NCBI GenBank assembly: GCA_044229975.1
Contig: JBGARZ010000006.1
Span: forward strand, 416,001-480,000
DNA length: 64,000 bases
Origin: Polyangiales bacterium
GTDB taxonomy: Bacteria; Myxococcota_A; Polyangia; Polyangiales; Ga0077539
Direction of reading: 5' to 3'
The notes beneath the pieces are model-generated. The model had not been told where the DNA came from. It searched no databases and saw only the letters and a list, made by a program, of their open reading frames with translations. Shown piece after piece: positions 39,720 through 48,778 of the stretch. How positions within the stretch are numbered: position 1 is the first letter of the stretch; every line of letters starts with the position of its first letter. The translations under genes were made by a program, and so were the position numbers.

Positions 39720-41066
39720 CTACCCCTGGCAGATGTCGAAGTTGCACTCGCCGTCGCAGCAGTCCGTCCGCGTCCGGCATGGCTGATAGCGCCGCTGGCA
39801 CGCGCGCTGTCGGCAGATGCCGGAGCCGCACTCGCCGCTGCAGCAGTCGGAGTCGGAGCCGCATCCTTCTCCGGGGTCGCCGCAGACGGTCTCGCAGCGA
39901 TTCGCGGTGCACCGCCCGTTGCAGCAGTCGCTGTTGTACACGCAGCGCTGATTGGGCGCGCGGCACACCACCTGGCAGACGCCGGTGTCGCTGCACTCGG
40001 TTCCCTCGCAGCACCAGTTGTCGCTGAAGCACCGCGACTGGCCGGGGCCGTAGCAGCCGTCGGACGCGCGGCACGTGCCCGCCGTGCAGTTGCCCGAGCA
40101 GCAGTTGGAGCGGGTGAGGCAGTCGCCGCCGTTGGCCACGCACGCGGCGGGCGTCCGGCAGGTGCCGCTGGTGCAGACGAGTCCGTCGCAGCAGCCCGAC
40201 CCGCACGGCGTCCCGACGGGCGAGCACGTCGGAGGCGCCTGGCAGGTGCCGCTGGTGCAGACGAGTCCATCGCAGCAACCCGTTCCGCAGGGCGAGCCGG
40301 CGGACGAGCAGGTGGTCGCGGCGCGACAGGTTCCTGCGACGCAGGTGGTGCCCGCGCAGCACTCGCCGCTGTACACGCATGCGCGACCCTCGGTGCGGCA
40401 GACGCAGACCCCGGACGAGCAGAGCATGTAGCCGCAGCAGTCGAGCGCGCCGGTGCATGCCTGGCCCCCCGCGCGGCAACAATGGAGCGTCGTGGGCGTC
40501 GTCTGGCACTCCGAGCCGGCGCAGCACTGGTCGGTGCTGGTGCAGCTCGCGCGCAGCGCAAGGCACACCGGGGTCACCGGCCTGTCCTCGGGCGCAGGAA
40601 CATCCGGCGCAGGGGCATCGGACACGAAGCCGCGATCCATCGCGACCGGGACATCCATCGTGACCGGGACGTCCATCGCGACGGGGACGTCCATCGCGAC
40701 GGGGACATCGACCACGGGGACATCGACCACGGCGGGTGTGTCGCGCGCGGCGACGACGTCCACCATGACGGAAACGTCGGGGGCCGCGGGCGCGTCGGTT
40801 GCGAGCATGACGTCGTTGATCGCGGGCCGATCGGGCGCGACGTCAGCGGAGGTGCCAGCGTCGACGGCGGGGGTGTCTCCAGTGGCGCCGGTGTCCGTGG
40901 GGGAGGCGTCCTGCGGCATCACGTCGGCGCTGACGATGCCTTCGCTGGGGGGCGCGCTGTCCGCGACGGTCGACCCATCGGACGGGAGGTAGAGGCCCGA
41001 CGCGGAGGGCGAGCAGGCGACGAGCAGGAGGGCGAGGCACAGCGGGCGCGAGTAGTTCCTCAACAT
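39720..41066 (-). CDS. Cys-rich repeat lipoprotein with DVP stalk
   Basis: Lipobox LVAC; (DVPVAM)n; multiple C-x6-C-x5-CC-x3-C modules. Confidence 0.8.
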   Translation of the reverse strand: MLRNYSRPLCLALLLVACSPSASGLYLPSDGSTVADSAPPSEGIVSADVMPQDASPTDTGATGDTPAVDAGTSADVAPDRPAINDVMLATDAPAAPDVSVMVDVVAARDTPAVVDVPVVDVPVAMDVPVAMDVPVTMDVPVAMDRGFVSDAPAPDVPAPEDRPVTPVCLALRASCTSTDQCCAGSECQTTPTTLHCCRAGGQACTGALDCCGYMLCSSGVCVCRTEGRACVYSGECCAGTTCVAGTCRAATTCSSAGSPCGTGCCDGLVCTSGTCQAPPTCSPVGTPCGSGCCDGLVCTSGTCRTPAACVANGGDCLTRSNCCSGNCTAGTCRASDGCYGPGQSRCFSDNWCCEGTECSDTGVCQVVCRAPNQRCVYNSDCCNGRCTANRCETVCGDPGEGCGSDSDCCSGECGSGICRQRACQRRYQPCRTRTDCCDGECNFDICQG

Positions 41067-41307
41067 GGGACGGCGGGTATCACGCGGGGTGGGACGGTCC
41101 AACGAGCTGCCGACGCCGGGGGGCGGGCGAAGACCGCAGAAACGACGGGAAATCAACGGGTCGATGACGCACCTGTGCGAACAGCGTTCGCAGGGTTGCA
41201 ACGTCAGGCGGGGTGTTGCGCCGTCGGGCATCCCACGCGCCGACGCGAACGCGATGAGGGCGCCGCCCGAGCCGTGGGAGACTGCGTCGCCTCCAACGCT
41301 CACCGTC

Positions 41308-43590
41308 ATGACGCCGACGATCATCAACGCCCTGCTCGGGCCGACCAACACCGGCAAGACCCACCGGGCCGTCGAGCGCATGCTCGAACACCCCACCGGC
41401 ATGATCGGCCTCCCGCTGCGCCTCCTGGCGCGCGAGGTCTACGACCGCGTCAGCACCCGCGTGGGCGAAGCGCGCGTCGCGCTGATGACCGGCGAGGAGA
41501 AGCGCGTCCCGGCGCGGCCCGATTACTGGGTGTGCACCGTCGAGGCGATGCCGCTCGACCGGCCGGTGGACTTCCTCGCGGTCGACGAGATACAGCTCGC
41601 GGCGCATCAGCAGCGCGGGCATGTGTTTACCGATCGACTGCTCAACGCGCGGGGTGAGCGGGAGACGTGGTTCATGGGGTCGGACACCGCGGTCGGCGTG
41701 GTGGGCGAGCTCGTGCCGACGGCGAAGGTGTCGAGCGCGCCGCGGTTCTCGAAGCTGAGCGCGGCGGAGACGGTGCCGCTGGCGAGGGTTCCGCGGAGGA
41801 GCGCGGTGGTGGCCTTCTCGATGGAGCAGGTCTACGAGCTCGCCGAGAAGCTGCGTGCGATGAAGGGCGGGACGGCCGTGGTGCTGGGCGCGCTGTCACC
41901 GCGGGCGCGCAACGCGCAGGTGGCGATGTTCCAGTCGGGCGAGGTCGACTACCTCGTGGCGACGGACGCCATCGGCATGGGGCTCAACCTCGACGTGAAG
42001 CACGTGGCCTTCGCGTCGCTGCGGAAGTTCGACGGGCGCGTGGCGCGCGAGCTCGACCCCGCGGAGCTCGGTCAGATCGCCGGTCGCGCGGGCCGCCACC
42101 TGCAAGACGGAACCTTCAGCGCCCTCGCCCCGCACGTCATCCCCGCGGACGTGAGAGCGCAGATCGAGAGCCAGCGGTTTGCGCCGCTGCGCAAGGTGGT
42201 GTGGCGTTCGAGCGCGCTGGATTTCAGCTCGGTGGCGGCGCTCACGGCGGCGCTGAAGGTTCCGGCGCCGAGGCGCATCCTCACGCGGGTGCAGCAGGCG
42301 GAGGACGAGGCCGCGCTGGCGGCGCTGCTGGTGCGCACCGACGTGCGCGAGCGAGCGACGGGGGCGAAGCGGGTCGAGGCGCTGTGGGAGGTGAGCACGG
42401 TGCCCGACTTCCGTCGGCTGCTCTTCGAGGACCACGTCGGTCAGCTCGCGTCGGTCTACGTCGAGCTCTGCGACCACGGTCGGCTGCGGGACGACTTCAT
42501 CCGCGCGGGGGTTGTTCCGCTCGAAGACCTGACGGGTGACGTCGACACCCTGGTGGCGCGCCTCGCGACGGTGCGAACGTGGTCGTACCTGGTCAACCGC
42601 GGATCCTGGATCGACGACGCCGCGCACTGGCAGGAGCGCACGCGCGCCCTCGAAGACCAGTTGAGCGACGCGCTGCACGCGCGGCTGGTGCAGCGCTTCG
42701 TGGACGAGCCCGCGCCCGCGAAGCAGGCATCACCGCGACCGCGTCGGATGATGACCGAGGCGGAGACGAAGCCGGTCGACCCGCGGCATCCCTTCGCGGC
42801 GCTGAAGGGGATGCGGGCGGCGCTCGGTCCGAAGGTGGCGGCGACGACGGCCTCACCGACGGCGTGGATGGAGGAGCTCATCGACGCACCGCACGCGCGG
42901 TTTACGCTCAACGGTAAAGGACAGGTGCTGCTGGTGCCTGAAGGCGAGGTGCTGGCGGTGTTGGTGGCGGGCGCGTCGGTGACGCTGCCGGATGTGCAGT
43001 TGGAGACGTCGCGCGCGCTGGCTGCGCTGGGTGGTGGGGCGCGCACGCGGCTGTTGCGTCGGCTGGTGGCGTGGTCGCGCGACGAGGTTCACGCGCTGCT
43101 GGCGCCGGTGGAGCAGGCGGCGGGCGAGGCGGTGGACGCGGCGTGGTGGCGGGGATTGCACCACCAGCTGGCGCAAGGGTTGGGCTGCGCGATGACGTCG
43201 GAGGTGGCGGGCGTGCTGGCGGACGTCGACCGCGACGCGCTGGCGGCGAGGGGGTTGGTGCTGGGAGCGCGGGTGGTGTTCGCGCGGGCGCTGCTGACGG
43301 CGGAGGCGGTGGCGCGGCGGGTGGTGCTGGTGCGGGCGCGCTACGGGAAGGGCGTGCGGGCGCCGGCCGAGGGCGCGGCGTCGATGGCGGTGGAGACGGG
43401 TGTGTCGCCGCGGGCGTACCTGGCGATGGGGTATCCCGTGATGGGCGGCAGAGGCGTGCGCGCGGACGTGGTGGAGCGCATCGCGGCGGCGTGCGCGACG
43501 GAGGACGGGCGGCGGTCGCCGTTTGCGCAGTGGCTGGGATGCGGCGCGCGCGAGGCCGAGCGGGTGGTGGAGGCGATCGCGCCGGGGTAG
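41308..43590 (+). CDS. SUV3-like (MgpS-like) superfamily 2 RNA helicase
   Basis: LGPTNTGKT, PLRLLARE, CTVEAMP, DEIQL, RGHVFT, ATDAIGMGLNL, QIAGRAGR. Confidence 0.92.
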   Translation: MTPTIINALLGPTNTGKTHRAVERMLEHPTGMIGLPLRLLAREVYDRVSTRVGEARVALMTGEEKRVPARPDYWVCTVEAMPLDRPVDFLAVDEIQLAAHQQRGHVFTDRLLNARGERETWFMGSDTAVGVVGELVPTAKVSSAPRFSKLSAAETVPLARVPRRSAVVAFSMEQVYELAEKLRAMKGGTAVVLGALSPRARNAQVAMFQSGEVDYLVATDAIGMGLNLDVKHVAFASLRKFDGRVARELDPAELGQIAGRAGRHLQDGTFSALAPHVIPADVRAQIESQRFAPLRKVVWRSSALDFSSVAALTAALKVPAPRRILTRVQQAEDEAALAALLVRTDVRERATGAKRVEALWEVSTVPDFRRLLFEDHVGQLASVYVELCDHGRLRDDFIRAGVVPLEDLTGDVDTLVARLATVRTWSYLVNRGSWIDDAAHWQERTRALEDQLSDALHARLVQRFVDEPAPAKQASPRPRRMMTEAETKPVDPRHPFAALKGMRAALGPKVAATTASPTAWMEELIDAPHARFTLNGKGQVLLVPEGEVLAVLVAGASVTLPDVQLETSRALAALGGGARTRLLRRLVAWSRDEVHALLAPVEQAAGEAVDAAWWRGLHHQLAQGLGCAMTSEVAGVLADVDRDALAARGLVLGARVVFARALLTAEAVARRVVLVRARYGKGVRAPAEGAASMAVETGVSPRAYLAMGYPVMGGRGVRADVVERIAAACATEDGRRSPFAQWLGCGAREAERVVEAIAPG

Positions 43591-43638
43591 GTGTTCCTGG
43601 CGGCGCGGAAGCGCGGCGAGCGTCTCACGGAGGAGTTC

Positions 43639-43881
43639 ATGGTCGATCTCACCGAAGCCTACGAGTACATGGATCGTCAGCACGAGGAGGGGCGCGCGGA
43701 GGGAGCCCGCTCGATGCTGGTGCGCCTCACCGAGCTGAAGCTCGCGCGACCGCTGACAGACGCCGAGCGCGCCGCCATGCTCGGTCGCCTCGACCTTGAT
43801 GGCGTCGAGTCCGTCGGCGGAGCATTGGTGTCTCTCGACCGCGACGCCCTCGCGCTCTGGCTCGCCGCCACCCGCGGCTGA
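43639..43881 (+). CDS. Stand-alone Rpn C-terminal (RpnS-like) small protein, 80 aa, or a 5'-deleted paralog
   Basis: 43591-43881 homologous to 27638-27979; GGAGG at 43629-43633 then ATG 43639; ORF intact. Confidence 0.6.
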   Translation: MVDLTEAYEYMDRQHEEGRAEGARSMLVRLTELKLARPLTDAERAAMLGRLDLDGVESVGGALVSLDRDALALWLAATRG

Positions 43882-43918
43882 GCGGCGTCCCCGCGTCAAC
43901 CCGTCCGTCCGCGCTCCC

Positions 43919-45022
43919 TCAGTTGAGCTGCTCGCACGGCAGTTTCACCCGCATCACCCAGCCCGCCGCCGCGCGCTTCACCTCGGCGCTTCCCCCCAGC
44001 GACGCGACCCTCCCGCGAATCGACGCCAGCGCCTTCCGCGAGCGCCCGCCCTCGTTGACCGTTCCGTCGTCTTCGACCTCCAGCACGAGGCCCCCGTCGG
44101 CGCGCCGCAGCGTCACCGCGATGCTCCGCGCCTCGGCCTCGCGCAGCGCGTGGCTCGCGGCCTCCTGGGTCACCTTCATCACCCCCTGGCGCATCTTGTT
44201 GCTGGGCGGTGCGAGGCCCTTCAGCTCGGCGTGCACCGTCGAGCTCACCCCGGCGTCGTCGCACAGCGTCGTGATGCTCGTGCGGATGCGGTCGACCAGG
44301 CCCTCCCACCCGGCGTCGTCGCTCGCGGCGGCCGCCTCGCGCTCGCTCTCCTTCGCCTCCGACGCGTTGCTGCGCAGCGTGCGCGCGGACGACGCGGCCA
44401 GCGTGAGCCCCGGCGACGAGGTGCGCTCGCGGTGGGGCCTGGGGCGCTCGCGGCGGTCGTTGAGCAGCGCCTCGCGCTCGGCGAGCAGCAGCGCCAGGGA
44501 GTGCGTCGCCCGCGCCAGCCACGCGTGCGCCATGACCATCAGCGCGACGACGAGGCCGTAGGGGAGCGTCGGGCCGCGCGAGGCGAGCGCGCGCACGACG
44601 AGGCCGCTGAGCCCGGCGACGGCCGCCATGATCATGGTGCGCGGCGTCGGAACCCGCAGGGCGCAGAGCACCATCGCGACGCCGTAGAGGAAGAGCCCGA
44701 CGGTGACAGGCGCCTTGCCGAGGGCGCCGAGCCACGCGAAGGAGACGAGCGAGAGCGACCAGGTGAACGTGTCGCCGAGCGACCAGCGCGACGAGCGACC
44801 CTCCGACGCGGTTCCGGCCGCAGAGGCCGCGAAGGCGAGGCCGCCGAGCAGCGAGGGCCACGCCGTCGGTTGCACCAGCCAGTCTTCCAGCCTCGGGAAG
44901 ACCTTGGCGATGAGCGGGAGCATCGCGCCGAGGCCCGAGAGCACCGCGAGGTGCCACCGTCGTTGTCGAGCGCTTCGGAGGTCGAGCAACACCGTCACCA
45001 TTGGATGAACGCCGACGCGCAC
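43919..45022 (-). CDS. Membrane protein with degenerate HATPase_c domain (NarX/DesK-like pseudo-kinase); alternative start 45001
   Basis: Several TM helices; QEAASHALREA, LEVEDDG, RVASLGG; no H-box seen. Confidence 0.75.
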   Translation of the reverse strand: MRVGVHPMVTVLLDLRSARQRRWHLAVLSGLGAMLPLIAKVFPRLEDWLVQPTAWPSLLGGLAFAASAAGTASEGRSSRWSLGDTFTWSLSLVSFAWLGALGKAPVTVGLFLYGVAMVLCALRVPTPRTMIMAAVAGLSGLVVRALASRGPTLPYGLVVALMVMAHAWLARATHSLALLLAEREALLNDRRERPRPHRERTSSPGLTLAASSARTLRSNASEAKESEREAAAASDDAGWEGLVDRIRTSITTLCDDAGVSSTVHAELKGLAPPSNKMRQGVMKVTQEAASHALREAEARSIAVTLRRADGGLVLEVEDDGTVNEGGRSRKALASIRGRVASLGGSAEVKRAAAGWVMRVKLPCEQLN

Positions 45023-45072
45023 ACTAGCTCAGTCCCGCGACGGCCGCGACCGTCGCTACGACGTGCGTCGCC

Positions 45073-47109
45073 CTACGGCGTCGGCGCGAGGCGGGCGAGG
45101 GCGGTGCGCGCCTGGGAGAGATCGGGCTGCACGCGCAGGGCGGCGCGGAGATGGGTGACGGCCTCGGCGAGGTTGGCGGCGCCCCCGACGCCCTCCAACA
45201 ACAGCGCGAGGTTGGTGTGGGCGTAGGCGTAGTTGGGGTCGTCGACGAGGGCGGCGCGGTACGCGGCGATGGCCTCGGGGCCGTGGCCCTGGAGGGCGAG
45301 CACGCGGCCGAGGTTGTAGTTGGCCTTGGCGCGCAGGGCGGTGCGCTCGGCCTCGGTGGTCTGCCACGCGGGGCCGCGGCGCAGGGCCTCGCGGAAGCGG
45401 GTGGCGGCCTCGTCGAGGCGGTTCTGGTTGGAGGCCACGACCCCGAGGTTGACCAGCGCGAGGGCGTTGTTGGGGTCGGTGCGGAGCTGTTGTTCCCAGT
45501 CCTGCTGGGCGGTGGCGGCCTCGGTGCCGTTGGTCACGAGGATGGCGAGGCGCGCGCGCGCGGTCGGGTCTTGGGGGCGGTAGCGCACGGCGGTGCGGTA
45601 CATCTCGATGGCCTCGTCGACGCGGCCCTGCGCTTCGAGGGTGAGGCCGAGCGGCGCGTAGGAGAACGTCGCGACCCGCGGCGCGACGGCGATGGAGGCG
45701 CGGTAGTAGCGCTCGGCCTCGGCCCAGCGGCGCGCGAGGTGGGCCTCTTCGCCGAGGGACGCGAGGGCGTGATACGGCATCGGGTCGGTGGCGCGCCACT
45801 CCTGGAGGAAGGCGTGGTTGGTGACGTAGTAGCCGCCGCGGTGGACGGTCACGACGGCCGCGAGGGCGGTGAGCAGCGCGAGCGCGGCGAGGGCGGGGCG
45901 ACGGCGCGTGGGCTCGACCGCGGAGGAGAAGAGCACGCCGAGGATGCCCACGGCGGCGGGCAGCGCGAGGAGCACGTAGCGCTCGGCGAAGCGGGTCTCC
46001 TGCTTGAAAAGGTTGGCCGTCGGAAACACGGCGAAGACGAACCACCCGGCCCAGAAGATCACGGGCCGTCGCAGGTCGGGCCACGCGCGGCGGGCGAGCG
46101 CGGCGAGGAGCCCGACGACGCCGAGCACCACGAAGACCTTGGGGAGGGAGAACCACCCTTCGACGGGCGGTTCGTAGAAGAGCCGCCAGGTGGGGAGGAA
46201 GATGGACTGGAGGGTGTAGAGCGTGGACAGCCACGGTCCGGAGGGTTCGTCGTCGAGGATGAACCGCGGCGCGCTGTCGGCCGAGAGCATGGCGCCGCGC
46301 AGCGCAAACCACGCGAGGCCCATCACGGCGACGGGCGCGTACCGCTTCACCCAGCGGCCGAGCGAGCGACCGGGTGAGTCGTACGAGAGGTCGCAGAGGT
46401 CGGCCCAGACGAAGAAGAGCGGGAGCGCGACGGCCTGCTCCTTGAGCAGCAGCGAGACGCCGAGGAGGCCGACGGCGGAGGCGTGGGCGCGCGGTCCGGG
46501 TCGGGTCCAGGCGACCATGGCGGCGAGGACGGCGGCGAAGCACGCGAGGGTCTCGGGGCCGACGGACGCGGCGTAGACGCCTTCGGAGGCGGTCGGGTGG
46601 AGCGCGACGAGGAGCCCGGCGAGCACGGCGACCGCGGGCGTGATGCCGAGCTCGGGGAGCGTGAAGAGCGAGCGCGCGAGGGCGGCGACGAGGCCCATGA
46701 GGGCGGCGTTGAAGAGGTGATAGGGAGCGGGCTCTTCGCCGAACACCATGTGCTCGGTGGCGAGCAGCAGGCGTGAGAGGGGGCGGTAGTAGGGGAGGTG
46801 GTTCCAGTGAACCTGGGAGACGGATTCGAGGAGGGCGTCGATGGTGCGCGGGCGCGGCGGCGTCAGGATGAGGGGGTAGTCGTCGTAGACGAAGGCGTTG
46901 GTGGCCCGCAGCGCATAGACGCTGGCGACCGCGGCCCCGACCGGGAACGACCAGCGGTCGAAGACGGGCGGCAGCGGCGGGCGCTCGCGGGGCGGCGGCT
47001 CGACGGGCTCGTCATCGAGCGGGGCGGTGACGGCATCGGGTCGACGCGCCGACTTGGGGACGGTGCGCCAGGCGGCGGGTGATTTGGGAGCGCGCGGGGC
47101 CTTCGCCAC
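45073..47109 (-). CDS. TMTC-like GT-C membrane glycosyltransferase with TPR repeats
   Basis: FVYDD, YYRPL, YHLFN, ALHP..SEGV, LLKE, AERYVLL; C-terminal TPRs. Confidence 0.8.
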   Translation of the reverse strand: MAKAPRAPKSPAAWRTVPKSARRPDAVTAPLDDEPVEPPPRERPPLPPVFDRWSFPVGAAVASVYALRATNAFVYDDYPLILTPPRPRTIDALLESVSQVHWNHLPYYRPLSRLLLATEHMVFGEEPAPYHLFNAALMGLVAALARSLFTLPELGITPAVAVLAGLLVALHPTASEGVYAASVGPETLACFAAVLAAMVAWTRPGPRAHASAVGLLGVSLLLKEQAVALPLFFVWADLCDLSYDSPGRSLGRWVKRYAPVAVMGLAWFALRGAMLSADSAPRFILDDEPSGPWLSTLYTLQSIFLPTWRLFYEPPVEGWFSLPKVFVVLGVVGLLAALARRAWPDLRRPVIFWAGWFVFAVFPTANLFKQETRFAERYVLLALPAAVGILGVLFSSAVEPTRRRPALAALALLTALAAVVTVHRGGYYVTNHAFLQEWRATDPMPYHALASLGEEAHLARRWAEAERYYRASIAVAPRVATFSYAPLGLTLEAQGRVDEAIEMYRTAVRYRPQDPTARARLAILVTNGTEAATAQQDWEQQLRTDPNNALALVNLGVVASNQNRLDEAATRFREALRRGPAWQTTEAERTALRAKANYNLGRVLALQGHGPEAIAAYRAALVDDPNYAYAHTNLALLLEGVGGAANLAEAVTHLRAALRVQPDLSQARTALARLAPTP

Positions 47110-47157
47110 GGGGCGGAGGTTACACCGAAGGCATTGGGCGGATGGACGGGAAGTCGC

Positions 47158-48021
47158 TCAGACGTCGATGTGCCGCAGCTTCATCTGCACGTCGCTCGAC
47201 CAGTGCGCCGCGAACCCGCGCACGCACGTCGACAGGTACCGGTCGTAGTCCTCGAAGACCTGGTCGCCCCACTTCGCGCGGATGGCCGTCTCCTGCAGGC
47301 GCATCCGCCGCAGCCACTCGGCCGTGGTCTTGCCGTAGTCGGTGCGGCGGGTCTTCAGCTCCACCACCTCCCAGTACGGGTTCACCGCGGCGATGAGCTC
47401 CTCCAGCCGGGGGTTGAGCCCGCCCGGGAAGATGACGTCCGCCGTGAACTTCAGGTCGGCGATGTCCTGTCGCACGCGCGGAACCCGGTTGCGCAGGATC
47501 GCCTGGAACCCGAAGTAGCTCCCCGGCTTCACCCACGACGCGCACTTCTTGAAGTACTCGCGGTAGATCTCGATCGCCACGTCCTTGCCCTGGTTGGCCT
47601 GCGCGGGCGAGCAGAGGTGGTCGATCATCTCGATGGAGACGAGCGCGTCGTACTTCTCCTTCGGCTGATAATCCCGGTAGTCGGTGAGGAAGACCTCGAC
47701 GCCCGGCATCTTGCGCGCCTTGAGCTCCTCGAACTGCGCCGACGAGAGCGTGATGCCGTGCGCGCGCTTCGTCTGCCGCGCGACGCTGAGGTACTCGAGG
47801 TTGGCGCCCCACCCGCAGCCGATGTCGAGGATCAGCTTGTCGGGGTTCATCTCTGCGTACTCGTAGAGCACGCGGGACTTGTTCACCTGGGCCTGCTCCA
47901 GCGTCTCGTTTTCCCGCTCGTAGACCGCGCAGGTGTAGTGCATCCGCTCGTCGAGCCAGAGGCGGAAGAACTCGTTGGAGACGTCGTAGCTGACCTCGAC
48001 CTCGTGCTTCGTGCTCGTCAT
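47158..48021 (-). CDS. cfa: Cyclopropane-fatty-acyl-phospholipid synthase / mycolic-type methyltransferase family
   Basis: YDVSNEFFRLWLD.RMHYTCA, LEQAQ, LDIGCGWG, SIEM, IFPGG. Confidence 0.85.
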   Translation of the reverse strand: MTSTKHEVEVSYDVSNEFFRLWLDERMHYTCAVYERENETLEQAQVNKSRVLYEYAEMNPDKLILDIGCGWGANLEYLSVARQTKRAHGITLSSAQFEELKARKMPGVEVFLTDYRDYQPKEKYDALVSIEMIDHLCSPAQANQGKDVAIEIYREYFKKCASWVKPGSYFGFQAILRNRVPRVRQDIADLKFTADVIFPGGLNPRLEELIAAVNPYWEVVELKTRRTDYGKTTAEWLRRMRLQETAIRAKWGDQVFEDYDRYLSTCVRGFAAHWSSDVQMKLRHIDV

Positions 48022-48070
48022 GGCGCCGACGGATAACCCCGGTCGCGGAAACCCGTCAACGCCACCCGGG

Positions 48071-48769
48071 CTACGCGCCCCCGTCACCCAAAGCCGCACG
48101 ACACACGGGCCGCTGCGACTCCTGCTCCTGCAACGCGTTGAGCACGTCGACCAGCCGCTGCACGCCCACCGGCGCGTTGACGCAGCCCTCCGCGGGGCCC
48201 GTGCGGCAAGGGTTTCCCACATAGACGAAGCGCCCGTTGCGGGTGACGAAGAACACCTCCCCGTCGATGGGCCGGCTGTCCACCCCGTAGAAGACCGCTC
48301 CCGCATCACTCGCCGTCGCCGCCTGGAAGGCCGCCGTGACGTCCGCGTTGTTGAGCGCCGTCGCGAGCGTGTCGACCGTCACATCGTCCGTCGCACCACA
48401 CGCCGGGATGGTGGTCTCGCAGCGGGCCGTCGCCCCACCCGCGCGCATCTGCTCCAGCAGGAAGCGGCGCGGCGACGAGACCGAGTACGTGGTCACATCG
48501 GCGCGCAATCCCCCTTCGCGACCGAAGCGGAGGTCACCGCCGGGGACGGCCTCGGCGCACGGACCATCCCGGAAGCCCGCGTCGAGCAGCGGCGCAACAT
48601 CCGTGAGATCGACGACCTCGGGCGCCATGCCCCGATCGACCTGGGGGATGTCCCGGTTGGGGACGTCGAAGCCCGGCGGAACATCACTGCGGTTGTCGGT
48701 GAAGCTGGTCGGAGCATCTTCGCAGGCCGAGACGACCGCGACGAGAAGGGGAAGGAGGGCGAAGCGCAT
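48071..48769 (-). CDS. Hypothetical lipoprotein
   Basis: Lipobox VSAC; DVP-rich linker; paired Cys. Confidence 0.7.
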   Translation of the reverse strand: MRFALLPLLVAVVSACEDAPTSFTDNRSDVPPGFDVPNRDIPQVDRGMAPEVVDLTDVAPLLDAGFRDGPCAEAVPGGDLRFGREGGLRADVTTYSVSSPRRFLLEQMRAGGATARCETTIPACGATDDVTVDTLATALNNADVTAAFQAATASDAGAVFYGVDSRPIDGEVFFVTRNGRFVYVGNPCRTGPAEGCVNAPVGVQRLVDVLNALQEQESQRPVCRAALGDGGA

Positions 48770-48778
48770 AGGAGGGGT

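Noticed and set aside
27638..43881. Rpn repeat pair as DGR template/variable repeats
   Set aside because: Differences are mostly synonymous and not adenine-specific, and no reverse transcriptase is in the window.
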